From Candidatus Gorgyraea atricola (lineage in GTDB: Bacteria > Omnitrophota > Gorgyraeia > Gorgyraeales > Gorgyraeaceae): a DNA stretch of 64,000 nt. The position numbers were made by a program, and so were the translations under genes. Below are positions 38,940-49,126 of the stretch, piece after piece. How positions within the stretch are numbered: position 1 is the stretch's first letter; each line of letters begins with the position of its first letter. Under the pieces are notes generated by a model. It did not search any database. It had not been told where the DNA came from and saw only the letters and a list, made by a program, of their open reading frames with translations. The stretch is taken from the NCBI GenBank assembly GCA_030765235.1, contig JAVCCW010000029.1, positions 219,499 through 283,498 on the forward strand, given 5' to 3'.

Positions 38940-40447
38940 TGACACTATTAAAGAAAAGTTTCCAGGGGGCTGCATATCAATACGTGGGTTTGGCATCTAC
39001 TGCCATTTTGGGTTTTTTTACCTCCGTATACCTGATTAGAAAACTGACCATAGAAGAATATGGTATCTATAATTTTCTATGGTCGGTTGTAATCGTCGCG
39101 AACCTTATTACCGCGTTCGGCATGCCTCAGGCAATCCAGAGATATCTCCCGGAATACAGACAAAAAAATGATATCTATACGCAGAAAAACATAATCATAA
39201 AGTCTATGCTGCTCAGGTTCCTGGCTGATGTTTTGTTCGCGCTTATTTTTCTGGTGAGCATAGATAAGCTGCTGCTTGTATTTAATATCCCGCAGGGCTG
39301 GAAACTTTGCGTCTTTGCCTCGCTCCTTATCACGTTTTTCAATGTTGAATCAAAGCTGCTCGGAGACGGCGCCTTGTCTGCTATGCTGGAAAACAGATAT
39401 TTAAATATAATCAACATAATCTGCAAGGCGCTTCAATTGGGTTTATTTATTTTATCCATAGCCTTAGGGTATGGCCTGTATGGCATAATATTGGCATGGC
39501 TGGTTATAGAGGTGGCGTTATTCCTGTCGTATTTTTATAAGGTTTATAGGAATATTTTATGTCGTCCTGTCCTGGTATCCAAGGATAATAAGAATCTTCC
39601 ATTAAAGAGATTTATGAGCTTCGGCGGCTATGTATACCTGGCAAATATAGCCTTTTTTTTTACAGACCGCTCAGCTGATATATTTCTATTGTCTTATTTT
39701 ATCGGACCTGAAGCAGTAGGGTTGTATTCATTTGCATTCGGTATACCTCTTACTATCATGCGACTGTCTCCGGCAAGCGCGCTGAGGTCTTTATTGACCC
39801 CTGTCGTAGTGAGCCGATATACTGCCACGAAAAGCAGCAAGGACCTAGTGTATTTCTTTTCGTTCATCAGCCGTTTGACTTTTTTTATAATGGTGCCTTT
39901 GTTTATATCTTTTATGATACTTTCGGACGGAATAATAAAATATGTATTTAATGTAAGTTACCTGGGAAATAAAGATCTGTTTATACTATCTTTATTCTTT
40001 GTGACAATACTTCAATTTCTGTATTCCTACAGCTCGATCATATATACGCTTGAGAAAAAACGGCTGTTTTTAATATCAATTCTTTTTGGGGCTTTAAATT
40101 TAATAGGCGATATAATCCTTATTCCCATATATGGGGCAAAGGGAGCGGTATTGGCTACCGGGGTCTCTGGCGTACTCTTAATAGTAGTGTTCCACATGGT
40201 CATAAAAAGAAGCCTGAGTATCAGTTACCCCTGGCGTTCGTTTGCTAGTTTCAGTTTGAATACCCTGGCGATGTGCGTTGTACTGTTCGCGTTAAAAGGG
40301 CTGCCCAACGGCGTTTTTTCTCTTGTTTGTGTTTTTTTAACTGGATTAGCAGTATACATCACAGCCTCTTATTTTAATAAAGGATTTGAGAAAAAAGACA
40401 GGGAATTGATAAATAAGGGCATAGGGAGAGAGATATGGGTATTCTAA
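38939..40447 (+). CDS. Wzx-type oligosaccharide flippase (MOP/polysaccharide biosynthesis protein family)
   Basis: 502 aa and about 12 TM helices. The N-terminus QYVGLASTAILGFFTSVYLIRKLTIEEYGIY is typical of Wzx. ATG overlaps the upstream stop. Confidence 0.75.
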   Translation: MTLLKKSFQGAAYQYVGLASTAILGFFTSVYLIRKLTIEEYGIYNFLWSVVIVANLITAFGMPQAIQRYLPEYRQKNDIYTQKNIIIKSMLLRFLADVLFALIFLVSIDKLLLVFNIPQGWKLCVFASLLITFFNVESKLLGDGALSAMLENRYLNIINIICKALQLGLFILSIALGYGLYGIILAWLVIEVALFLSYFYKVYRNILCRPVLVSKDNKNLPLKRFMSFGGYVYLANIAFFFTDRSADIFLLSYFIGPEAVGLYSFAFGIPLTIMRLSPASALRSLLTPVVVSRYTATKSSKDLVYFFSFISRLTFFIMVPLFISFMILSDGIIKYVFNVSYLGNKDLFILSLFFVTILQFLYSYSSIIYTLEKKRLFLISILFGALNLIGDIILIPIYGAKGAVLATGVSGVLLIVVFHMVIKRSLSISYPWRSFASFSLNTLAMCVVLFALKGLPNGVFSLVCVFLTGLAVYITASYFNKGFEKKDRELINKGIGREIWVF

Positions 40448-41100
40448 ATAAGGTACTGTCAAGTAGGACTATTTCAAGGAAAATGGTTTTATTTTTATTA
40501 AGGACGCATCATAAGATATACGCGATGCTGGGAAGATGCGCTGCTTTTAGCGAGGGAGGACTACATCCAAAACATAGATTAATGGATTACCATAAATTTT
40601 TTGTAGACAATATTAAAGAAGGCGACAGAGTTTTAGACGTGGGCTGTGGGAATGGTGCATTGAGTTTTGATCTAGCCGGGAAGGCAGCATTTGTGACAGC
40701 CATAGATATAAACAGGGAAAATATAGAACATTGCCTGAAAAAATATAAAAAGGAGAACATAAAATATATTCTGGATGACATCTGGAATTTGCCTCAAGGT
40801 TCTAGATTTGACGCGGCTATACTTTCTAGCGTGCTGGAGCATATCGAGGATAGGATAGGGTTTTTGCAAAAGTTAAGCAAGGTCACCGAAAAGATCATAG
40901 TGCGCGTTCCCATGATAGACCGCGACTGGGTGTCTTTATATAAAAAGGAATTAGGCCTGCCGTATCTATTGGACCCTACTCATAAGATAGAGTATACGCT
41001 GGATGTATTTAACGACGAATTAAAGCGCGGCTGTTTTAAATTAGAAAAATATTCCATCAGATTTGGGGAGATTTGGGCGGTATGTTCAAGAAATTTTTAA
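40435..41100 (+). CDS. Class I SAM-dependent methyltransferase
   Basis: Motif I VLDVGCGNGALS, and LEHIED post-I region. Confidence 0.7.
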   Translation: MGILNKVLSSRTISRKMVLFLLRTHHKIYAMLGRCAAFSEGGLHPKHRLMDYHKFFVDNIKEGDRVLDVGCGNGALSFDLAGKAAFVTAIDINRENIEHCLKKYKKENIKYILDDIWNLPQGSRFDAAILSSVLEHIEDRIGFLQKLSKVTEKIIVRVPMIDRDWVSLYKKELGLPYLLDPTHKIEYTLDVFNDELKRGCFKLEKYSIRFGEIWAVCSRNF

Positions 41101-42107
41101 GAAATTTATTATTTTCCGGGAAGAACAGGTTAAAAAGCGGAGAAAAAGAAAGGCTTATGGCAATTACGGAAGACCGCATTACGAAGCTTGCTGTGGAGGT
41201 TACCAATATCTGCAACGCGAACTGCATTTTTTGCGGTTATCGTCACCAGAAAAGAAAAAAATATATTTTATCAAACGAACAATTCAGGTATTTTTTGGAT
41301 AAATATGTGGAATACGGGGGAGGAGAATTAAAATTTACCCCTATCGTGGGAGACCCTTTAGTTGATAAAAATTTAATAGATAAGATCAAGATGGCCAGGA
41401 GAGAAAGATGCATAGGGCATATGTATCTATTTACAAATCTGATAGGACTGAATAATTTTAATATCACTGATTTTCTGCTTTCAGGGATTAACAGGGTTTA
41501 TGTCTCTACATGCATTGGTAATAAAAAAATGTATAAACGCGTATTCGGAGTAGACTGTTATGATGTCGTGATCAGTAATATAGAAAAACTGCTCAAAGAG
41601 AACAATAAGCTTGGAAAACCGGTAAAGATCGTTATCACATCAAGGGGGGAGAGGCCTTACAGGGGTATTTATGGAAGCAGCGATTATAAGCGTATAGTTG
41701 GTTTATATGGCGCCAATATTGAGATACTGGAGGAATATGGCAATTGGACAGGTGATGTCACTGAAAATGAACTTCCCAGGGGGCATTCCTTCAGAAAGAT
41801 AAAAAACAGGATAGAGCCGTGCTCCCAACTATACAACGGATTTATTATATTGGCTAACGGGGATGCTGGCATCTGCTGGTGCACTGATCTGGAGGCCAAC
41901 CTGATCATAGGCAATGTATATAAGGAGTCTCTGGATGATATATGGAGAGGCGAAAAATTGAAATCTATGAGGGAAAATTGGTTAAAAGGGGATATGCCTC
42001 CTATATGCAGGAATTGCCACATATATACCCCTGTGTCGGTTTTTTTATCTTGTAACAGGAAAAAGATAAATAATACTAAGGAGAGTTTTCAGTATGCAGG
42101 GAAATAA
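41082..42107 (+). CDS. Radical SAM protein with C-terminal SPASM/twitch-like Cys-rich domain
   Basis: CNANCIFC (CxxxCxxC) near the N-terminus. The C-terminal Cys cluster is GICWCTD...ICRNCH. The start is ambiguous: TTG 41073, ATG 41082 or ATG 41157. Confidence 0.7.
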   Translation: MFKKFLRNLLFSGKNRLKSGEKERLMAITEDRITKLAVEVTNICNANCIFCGYRHQKRKKYILSNEQFRYFLDKYVEYGGGELKFTPIVGDPLVDKNLIDKIKMARRERCIGHMYLFTNLIGLNNFNITDFLLSGINRVYVSTCIGNKKMYKRVFGVDCYDVVISNIEKLLKENNKLGKPVKIVITSRGERPYRGIYGSSDYKRIVGLYGANIEILEEYGNWTGDVTENELPRGHSFRKIKNRIEPCSQLYNGFIILANGDAGICWCTDLEANLIIGNVYKESLDDIWRGEKLKSMRENWLKGDMPPICRNCHIYTPVSVFLSCNRKKINNTKESFQYAGK

Positions 42108-43191
42108 GAAAGAAACCATATATTGCAAAAGATGTATTCTTCCTGACAGATATCCAGAGGTTAATATTAATGACCAAGGGATATGTAATTTTTGCCTGGC
42201 ACATTCTGACCACGCAGTCTTAGGAGAGGGTGCATTGGCGGGATTGGTAAATTCTCTTAAGAAAGGCAATAAATATGACTGTGTAGTGCCAATAAGCGGG
42301 GGTAAGGATAGCTCGTTTATATTGTATTACGCGGTTAAAAAATTGAATCTTAAAGCTGTCGCGGTTAATTATGATTCAGGGGTGCAGTCCGATTTAGCCA
42401 TAGAGAATATGAAAAACACCTGCAGGATACTCAATGTCCCCCTGGTCTTTAAAAAGGCGGATAGGAGACTACAGATGAAAAGGCTGGAGACCATGCTGAA
42501 ACTATCAGAGCGGCTTGGTTCTTTTGTCCTTGGATGCGGAGGATGTGTTCCAGTATTGCAGGCAGCGACTATAGGCTTTGCAAATGATAATGATATACCT
42601 ATTATTTTAGACGGGGGATCATCTTTGGAGCATGTCCCTGTATTGAGAAATAAAATAAAAAAATCAAAGTTAAAATCAATCGTAAAGAGATTAAAAGACA
42701 GGATAGAATCTATAGTGAGATATAAGCTGTATGATTTGGATTTTGTTAAGTATATATATTTATTTAAATATAAAAAATATAATAAACAGCTTAATGAGCA
42801 TATGGGTGTTTCCAAGACCGTAAGGCCGCCCCTTGGATATACAGATCCGATTGTCTCCAGGAACACCACTATTATACGTTTTTCGAATTATATAATGCTG
42901 CCTGAGATGGAGATCGTCAGGATTATAAAAGAAGAATTGAATTGGAAAAATCCGACAGGGACAGATAAAAGATTTGATTGTCTGCTACATTGCTTGTCTG
43001 ACTTTGATCATTTGATGAAATACGGTATAACAAGCAATGGCATGGTTTATTCTAATATTATACGACAGGGGCTGATGAGCAGGGAAGATGCCCTTTATAA
43101 AGAAAGTTACGCAAAGGATAATGTTTTTAGAGACTGCGCCTTATTAGCTAAAAAACTTAAATTGGATAATTACGAAATGCCGTCTTTATGA
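42094..43191 (+). CDS. N-acetyl sugar amidotransferase, second paralogue (WbuX/PseA-like)
   Basis: CKRCILPDRYP...CNFC Cys-rich N-terminus and PISGGKDSS PP-loop. Same architecture as ORF 1249-2451. RBS AAGGAGAG upstream. Confidence 0.7.
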   Translation: MQGNKKETIYCKRCILPDRYPEVNINDQGICNFCLAHSDHAVLGEGALAGLVNSLKKGNKYDCVVPISGGKDSSFILYYAVKKLNLKAVAVNYDSGVQSDLAIENMKNTCRILNVPLVFKKADRRLQMKRLETMLKLSERLGSFVLGCGGCVPVLQAATIGFANDNDIPIILDGGSSLEHVPVLRNKIKKSKLKSIVKRLKDRIESIVRYKLYDLDFVKYIYLFKYKKYNKQLNEHMGVSKTVRPPLGYTDPIVSRNTTIIRFSNYIMLPEMEIVRIIKEELNWKNPTGTDKRFDCLLHCLSDFDHLMKYGITSNGMVYSNIIRQGLMSREDALYKESYAKDNVFRDCALLAKKLKLDNYEMPSL

Positions 43192-43868
43192 AAAGAAACG
43201 TTAACGTATATACATCAAGAGAAGATAAACCTGAGTATCTTTTGAAGATATTTCCTGATTTATTTTTATCATCAGATAGTTTATTGGATGTGGGTTGTGA
43301 TAAAAAGCAGTTAAAGAAAATTTTGTTACCGAAGACATCTTATGCCGGCATAGATATAACAGGGATGCCGGATATCATATTTGATCTGGATAGTGGGAAA
43401 AGCCTGCCTTTTGAAGACAAAAAATTTGATCTAGTTTTTTGTTCAGAAGTGCTGGAGCATCTTGAAAATATACATTTTATTTTTGATGAATTATGCAGAG
43501 TTTCAAATAAATATGTACTTATAAGCCTGCCTAATGCTATGACAGGGATTTCCGCTTATTTACGCGGCAACATTTATTCTGATACTTTAGAGAAAAATAA
43601 GATGTTCGGCAAATACATTAAATTTTACGGCTTGCCTCTGGATAAGCCCCTTGACAGACATAGGTGGTTTTTCAATACAGAGGAGGCGCTAGAATTCGTA
43701 AGATACAGAGCGGAGAAGAACGACTGTAAAATAGAACAAATACTTTATTCAGCGGATCTGAGCGATATACAGCCTAGTATTTCTCAAAAGATATTAACTT
43801 GGTTCAATAGGAAGAAGTTGCTTAATTCTTTTAATCATATGACTTGGTTTTTGATTAAAAAGGGTTAA
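43188..43868 (+). CDS. Class I SAM-dependent methyltransferase
   Basis: LLDVGCD...FDLVFCSEVLEHL. Confidence 0.7.
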   Translation: MKRNVNVYTSREDKPEYLLKIFPDLFLSSDSLLDVGCDKKQLKKILLPKTSYAGIDITGMPDIIFDLDSGKSLPFEDKKFDLVFCSEVLEHLENIHFIFDELCRVSNKYVLISLPNAMTGISAYLRGNIYSDTLEKNKMFGKYIKFYGLPLDKPLDRHRWFFNTEEALEFVRYRAEKNDCKIEQILYSADLSDIQPSISQKILTWFNRKKLLNSFNHMTWFLIKKG

Positions 43869-43880
43869 AAAATATTAATC

Positions 43881-44486
43881 ATGAAAAAGACTATTTTTCA
43901 AATAATATATGATTTTATATGCATGCCGTTTCGTTTAGTCCTTTTGCCGGACAGTATCTGCGAAAGGCTTGGCTTGACATCATTGCGGCAGGAACGCGTA
44001 TTTAATGTATTGCCGCATGTCAAAGGCAGGCTGATTGATATAGGATGCGGAGATAATATGCTGGTAAATATCTATTCTAATGGCTTAGGCGTTGATAACC
44101 GAGATTTAGGAAAAGGAGCTGTTATAATAAAGAATGTTGCCAATTTACCCTTCGAAGATCATACCTTTGATACAGTGACTTTTGTGGCTTCTTTGAATCA
44201 TATAGTTTCCAGAAAAGAGGCCTTGAGTGAGGCAAGGCGTTTATTGAAGCCGGACGGAAGACTTATTGTAACAATGATAGGGCCTATAATAGGAGCAATA
44301 GCGCATTTATTATGGTGGTATAGTGAAGATAAGCATCGAGGGGGCATGAAGAATGGAGAGGTAGGAGGCATGACTACCAAAGAGATACTGCGTTTATGTC
44401 TTGGGGCCGGATTCCAATTAAAAGAACATCAGAGGATCGTATACAAGATGAACAACATATATATCTTCGAATTGAAAAACGCGTAG
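43881..44486 (+). CDS. Class I SAM-dependent methyltransferase
   Basis: LIDIGCGDN...LKPDGRLIV. Confidence 0.65.
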   Translation: MKKTIFQIIYDFICMPFRLVLLPDSICERLGLTSLRQERVFNVLPHVKGRLIDIGCGDNMLVNIYSNGLGVDNRDLGKGAVIIKNVANLPFEDHTFDTVTFVASLNHIVSRKEALSEARRLLKPDGRLIVTMIGPIIGAIAHLLWWYSEDKHRGGMKNGEVGGMTTKEILRLCLGAGFQLKEHQRIVYKMNNIYIFELKNA

Positions 44487-44510
44487 GATCTCGCTGAAAC
44501 GGAAAGTTCA

Positions 44511-45299
44511 ATGTCGCGTGTATCGGAAAAGACAATCAGGGATTTTGGAGATCAATGGAAACAACATGAAGAGAATAGTGGCTATTACGCATCCAGGGAG
44601 CTTTTTAAAGACATCATATCCCCTTTATTGAGGATTGAGGATTTAAAAGGGGCTAGGGTAGCTGAGATAGGCAGCGGCACAGGGCGTATCGTCAATATCC
44701 TGCTGGAATCGGGTGTCAGTCATGTGTTTGCGATAGAGCCGTCCGAGTCATTTAATATATTAAGACAGAACGTCTCGGATCCGGATAAGGTGACTTGTCT
44801 TAAAATAAAAGGCAAAGACCTGCAGGCTTATGGAGATTTGGATTTTGTTTTCTGTATAGGCAGCATACATCACATGCCGGATCCGAAACCTGTTGTTGAT
44901 GCTGCTTATAATGCCTTGCGCAAAGGAGGCCGTATGATTATGTGGTTATACGGATATGAAGGCATAGAGATATACGTAAATGTCATAAAAACCATGCGTT
45001 TCATCACGACCCGTATTCCTGACACAGCCCTCAGGATCATTGTAAGGATGATAGACATACCTTTAATAGTATATATGCATCTATGCGCCAGGTTTAAACT
45101 GCCATTTGCCGAGTATTCCAAGGTATTAATGAAGCTGGAGCCGCGACATCGCAGGCTTACTATTTTTGATCAACTGAACCCTGATTATGCTAAATATTAC
45201 AGATATGAAGAGGCGCTGAATCTTTTATCAGGCAAGTTTCGGGATATAAAAATCAAGAACCGCAGGAATTACAGCTGGACGGTGATCGGGACAAAATGA
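44511..45299 (+). CDS. Class I SAM-dependent methyltransferase
   Basis: VAEIGSGTGRIV...LRKGGRMIM. Confidence 0.65.
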   Translation: MSRVSEKTIRDFGDQWKQHEENSGYYASRELFKDIISPLLRIEDLKGARVAEIGSGTGRIVNILLESGVSHVFAIEPSESFNILRQNVSDPDKVTCLKIKGKDLQAYGDLDFVFCIGSIHHMPDPKPVVDAAYNALRKGGRMIMWLYGYEGIEIYVNVIKTMRFITTRIPDTALRIIVRMIDIPLIVYMHLCARFKLPFAEYSKVLMKLEPRHRRLTIFDQLNPDYAKYYRYEEALNLLSGKFRDIKIKNRRNYSWTVIGTK

Positions 45300-46429
45300 A
45301 TATAACGCTGCTTTTTACGTATAATATTTCTCTGGAGGAATGGAGTTATAAGGGCCTGATTGACAGGGAGCTTTTAATCTATCATCGTTTTATAGATAAG
45401 GGTCATAAGGTGAATTTTATCACTTACGGCGGGACAGATGACTTGAGACATCAAGAAAAGACAAAAGATATAAGGATATTTCCTGTCTATGAAAGGGCAA
45501 AAAGGTCCAGATGCGAAGCGGTTAATATATTGAAATCCCTTTTTATCCCCTTTAAATTCAGGGATGTTTTTAAAAATACAGATATTATAAAAATAAACCA
45601 GATGCAGGGGGCATGGGTAGGCCTTATCGCAAAATATATTTACCATAAAAAATTAGTGGTACGCTGCGGTTTTGAGTGGTACAGGAATGCTTATATACGC
45701 AGGAAAAAAACCTTTGCCGTATTCAAAAATGGTCTTGTGTATATATTGGAATGGTTGGTCTATAAGTTATGCGACGAGATTATCATATCTAATGAAACAG
45801 ACGCAGAATTTATTAAAAGTAACTTTAATATAAGAAAGTCAAAGGTGCACTTGATAAGGAATTACGTGGATACAGCTATCTTTAAACCGCTGAATAGCGT
45901 TAAGAAAGAAGGCAATAGATTGCTGTATATAGGGAGATTTGAGCCGAGAAAAAATATATTAAACATATTAAAGGCTGTTAAGGATACGCTGTATGCCTTG
46001 GATATAATAGGCTATGGCGAAGAAAAGGATTTATTGAATAATTTTGTCAGAGATAATAGTCTAAACGTGGTATTTTTGGATATTCTCCCGAATAATAAAC
46101 TCCCCACGTTGCTTAATAAATATAACGCATTGATATTAGCGTCGCTCTACGAGAACAGCCCAAAGGTGATCCTGGAGGCTATGTCTTGCGGTGTACCTGT
46201 CATAGGGGCAGATGTGTCCGGGATACGTGAATTAATAAGGCATAGGGAAAACGGATTCTTATGTGACACTGATCCATCTTCTATCAGGGCAGCTGTCGAT
46301 TCTGTCATGCGAGATCCTGTGTTGCGGAATAATATGGCGGAATCAGCAAGAAGATATATAATGGAGAATTGCGATATAGAGATTATATTGGAAAAGGAGC
46401 AGGGCATATATAATAGCCTGACTAATTAA
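45296..46429 (+). CDS. Family 4 glycosyltransferase
   Basis: C-terminal ASLYENSPKVILEAMSCGVPVIGADVSGIRELI. ATGA overlap with the upstream gene. Confidence 0.8.
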   Translation: MNITLLFTYNISLEEWSYKGLIDRELLIYHRFIDKGHKVNFITYGGTDDLRHQEKTKDIRIFPVYERAKRSRCEAVNILKSLFIPFKFRDVFKNTDIIKINQMQGAWVGLIAKYIYHKKLVVRCGFEWYRNAYIRRKKTFAVFKNGLVYILEWLVYKLCDEIIISNETDAEFIKSNFNIRKSKVHLIRNYVDTAIFKPLNSVKKEGNRLLYIGRFEPRKNILNILKAVKDTLYALDIIGYGEEKDLLNNFVRDNSLNVVFLDILPNNKLPTLLNKYNALILASLYENSPKVILEAMSCGVPVIGADVSGIRELIRHRENGFLCDTDPSSIRAAVDSVMRDPVLRNNMAESARRYIMENCDIEIILEKEQGIYNSLTN

Positions 46430-46430
46430 G

Positions 46431-47399
46431 ATGAAGAAATTCCTACTTGATTTATTGGTTTGCCCGCATTGTAAAGGAGAGCTGCGGCTCGAGGGGGCCG
46501 AGTATGCGGGCAAGGAAATAGAATCCGGCAGATTGGCATGTTCTTGCGGAGAGGTGTTCTCTATAAAAAACAGCATACCAAGGTTTATCAGGCCGGAAAA
46601 TTATGCGGATAGCTTTAGTTTTCAGTGGAGGTATTTTTCAAAGACGCAATTGGATTCTTTTAATAAGACGCATATTTCAGAAAATAGATTCAGAGAAATA
46701 ACAGATCTGTCTCATAAGAGGTTAGACAACAAGGTTGTTCTGGATGCGGGTTGCGGTATGGGCCGTTTCCTGGAGATAGCAGCTAAATCTAATGCTCAGG
46801 TAGTAGGAATTGATATGAGCCTGGCAGTGGATGCTGCAAAGGCTAATTTAAAGGACTTCCCAAATGTCCACATTGTGCAGGCAAGTATATTTAATATGCC
46901 TTTTAAACGGCATAGTTTTGATTTTATCTACAGTATAGGCGTTCTGCATAATACCCCGGATCCGAAAAAGGCCTTTAAGTCATTAACGCCTTTTTTGTCC
47001 AAGAATGCAGGCATAGCTGTATGGTTAGGCCCTAAGACTAAATTCCCGTGGTTTTTTACAGCGACGCGTGCGGTAAGGTCTTTTACTCCGAACATGAAGC
47101 CTGTATTTTTACTTAAGCTGGTCAGGTCCTTAGTGCCGTTGTGCCTGCCTTTAGTCAGGATCCCGTTTATCGGACCTTTACTTAAAGGTAAGATTATCCC
47201 AGTATGCGATTATAAGAATCAGCTCCCTTTGAATAATGCCCAGCTTCTGGAATGGAGCGTCCTTGATACATTTAATATTTTGTCTCCTAAATATCTGCAC
47301 CCGTGTAAACCCCAGGAGGTTAAATCCTGGTTTCTTGAATCCGGGCTTCGTGATATACAGATAACTTCTCCGTCTGTTACGGGCCGGGCTCATTCATAA
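46431..47399 (+). CDS. Methyltransferase with N-terminal Trm112-like zinc-ribbon
   Basis: LLVCPHCKGEL...CSCGEVFSI zinc-ribbon, followed by VLDAGCGMGRF motif I. Confidence 0.65.
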   Translation: MKKFLLDLLVCPHCKGELRLEGAEYAGKEIESGRLACSCGEVFSIKNSIPRFIRPENYADSFSFQWRYFSKTQLDSFNKTHISENRFREITDLSHKRLDNKVVLDAGCGMGRFLEIAAKSNAQVVGIDMSLAVDAAKANLKDFPNVHIVQASIFNMPFKRHSFDFIYSIGVLHNTPDPKKAFKSLTPFLSKNAGIAVWLGPKTKFPWFFTATRAVRSFTPNMKPVFLLKLVRSLVPLCLPLVRIPFIGPLLKGKIIPVCDYKNQLPLNNAQLLEWSVLDTFNILSPKYLHPCKPQEVKSWFLESGLRDIQITSPSVTGRAHS

Positions 47400-47411
47400 A
47401 GAGTGTAAAAA

Positions 47412-49112
47412 ATGCCGCACATCAAAATTAAAAAAATAGATGTCTTTATATTAATCTTTATCGCCTTGGTGTCGCTTATGCTCAGGATCCCCACGAAAGA
47501 TACCATACTTGGGGCCTATGATCAGGTTTATATTTTTGACGAAGGCGCGAGATTTTTTAAGACCTCATTTTTTGAGACCAGGGAATGGTATAATAATAAA
47601 TTTGTGCATTTATTTGTTTTGTCCAACCAGGGAATAAGCGATACGCTCCTGGAGTCTTTGAATTTATTTTTTTTAAAACTCTTTAACCTGAGGATCGTAT
47701 GGTGGAGTTATTTCCTTTTTCATTATTTATTCGATGTTGTCAATGCGCTCTTGATCTATGTCCTTTTAAGATTTTTTGTTGATAGGCGCTTGTCTGTGAT
47801 AGGATCTTTTTTATATGTTTCCATGCCTATATTTTTCTATCATTCATCTATATTCCCTCTTTGGCTGGTGTATTCTGTTTTTTTTGAAATATTGCTTTTT
47901 ATAGCTTTTTATATTTTTTATCTGACAAAAAATAAAGCGTATTTATATGTCTCTTCCGCGATTTTATGTTTTATATTGTTAGGGGATACAAACTTTTTCG
48001 TAATTACGGCTCTATCCATGATGCTTATCGCTTTGCTGAAAAATAGAGGCATGATCAGCAAGAAAGATGTGCTGATATTTTTTATTTTCCCTGGAATAAT
48101 AATGCTGGCGAATGGGTTTATAGCTATTTTCGCGTTTAGTAAAGGATATTTTCTGGGGTTGTTTGGATACGCCTTTGGGCATTATAGGCAGCTTGGCAAT
48201 GTCAGGCATTTTGACCCTGGAGGCTACATTAAAACCCTAATTGGTTCCGAAGGTCTATTCGCATTTTTTAATCTATTTACGCTTTTTTGCTGGATAAAGA
48301 ATAAATTTTTCGCAATAAATAAAAGGGATTTGAGCCTATTTGAGAATTTGTTTGGTATCTGGAACCTATTATTGTTGGTCCTGGTATTCTTGTCGCAGAG
48401 AATAAACGTGCCTTTGGGCCTATATTATCTTCCCGCGATAATATTCAGCGTCTGCTATTTAAGGAACTTACATAAAAAAAGGTATGTTTATATAATGCTG
48501 ATTTTTATAATCACCCAGTTTGCGTTATCGATTAACGCGAAATATTCATTTATAGACTTACCACCGGTAGCAGAACTGCGCTATATGAACAAGGATTTTG
48601 GACAGAAGGCAGCGGGTTTTTGGATAAGGGAAAATACAGCGGAAGATGATTCCGTGCTTGTGGTCACTCCTGATATCAAGGGGGATTTTTTTAAATACTC
48701 TCATCCAAACTATTTAGAATCAACAGAGTTGTACTTCAAGAAAATTTACGCGTATTGCAACGGCAGGGCACCTAAGAGACTTTTTTCAGTCCATCATATA
48801 TTTGGAGAAGGAGAAATATATTATGATCTAGGCGATCCTCCAGAATATATCGTAGATTTCAGCGGATCGGAGAATAATTTTTTAAAGCTAAAGGGGTATA
48901 TTAATTTTCCAACAGAAAGATATGAGAAAAAGGCCGTAATACTAAACGACAGGGAAGATGTCATGATCAGCGTGTATCAGAAAGGCTTGATGTTTCAGCA
49001 AATCCAGATTTTGAAAAAATCAGAACTGAATGAAATATATGACAGAAAATACGCTTATTTCAATGATATGGTTTTTTCTCCTTACCAGGGTTTATGGGTT
49101 TATATACCGTGA
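47412..49112 (+). CDS. Polytopic membrane protein, probable GT-C fold glycosyltransferase (ArnT/PMT-like)
   Basis: 566 aa and more than 10 TM helices. The N-terminus IFIALVSLMLRIP is typical of GT-C enzymes. A large C-terminal soluble domain follows. Confidence 0.5.
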   Translation: MPHIKIKKIDVFILIFIALVSLMLRIPTKDTILGAYDQVYIFDEGARFFKTSFFETREWYNNKFVHLFVLSNQGISDTLLESLNLFFLKLFNLRIVWWSYFLFHYLFDVVNALLIYVLLRFFVDRRLSVIGSFLYVSMPIFFYHSSIFPLWLVYSVFFEILLFIAFYIFYLTKNKAYLYVSSAILCFILLGDTNFFVITALSMMLIALLKNRGMISKKDVLIFFIFPGIIMLANGFIAIFAFSKGYFLGLFGYAFGHYRQLGNVRHFDPGGYIKTLIGSEGLFAFFNLFTLFCWIKNKFFAINKRDLSLFENLFGIWNLLLLVLVFLSQRINVPLGLYYLPAIIFSVCYLRNLHKKRYVYIMLIFIITQFALSINAKYSFIDLPPVAELRYMNKDFGQKAAGFWIRENTAEDDSVLVVTPDIKGDFFKYSHPNYLESTELYFKKIYAYCNGRAPKRLFSVHHIFGEGEIYYDLGDPPEYIVDFSGSENNFLKLKGYINFPTERYEKKAVILNDREDVMISVYQKGLMFQQIQILKKSELNEIYDRKYAYFNDMVFSPYQGLWVYIP

Positions 49113-49126
49113 TAGGACTATAGAAT

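Noticed and set aside
41063-41302. 79-aa alternative-frame ORF overlapping the start of the radical SAM gene
   Set aside because: It is out of frame with the CxxxCxxC-containing reading frame and has no motifs of its own.
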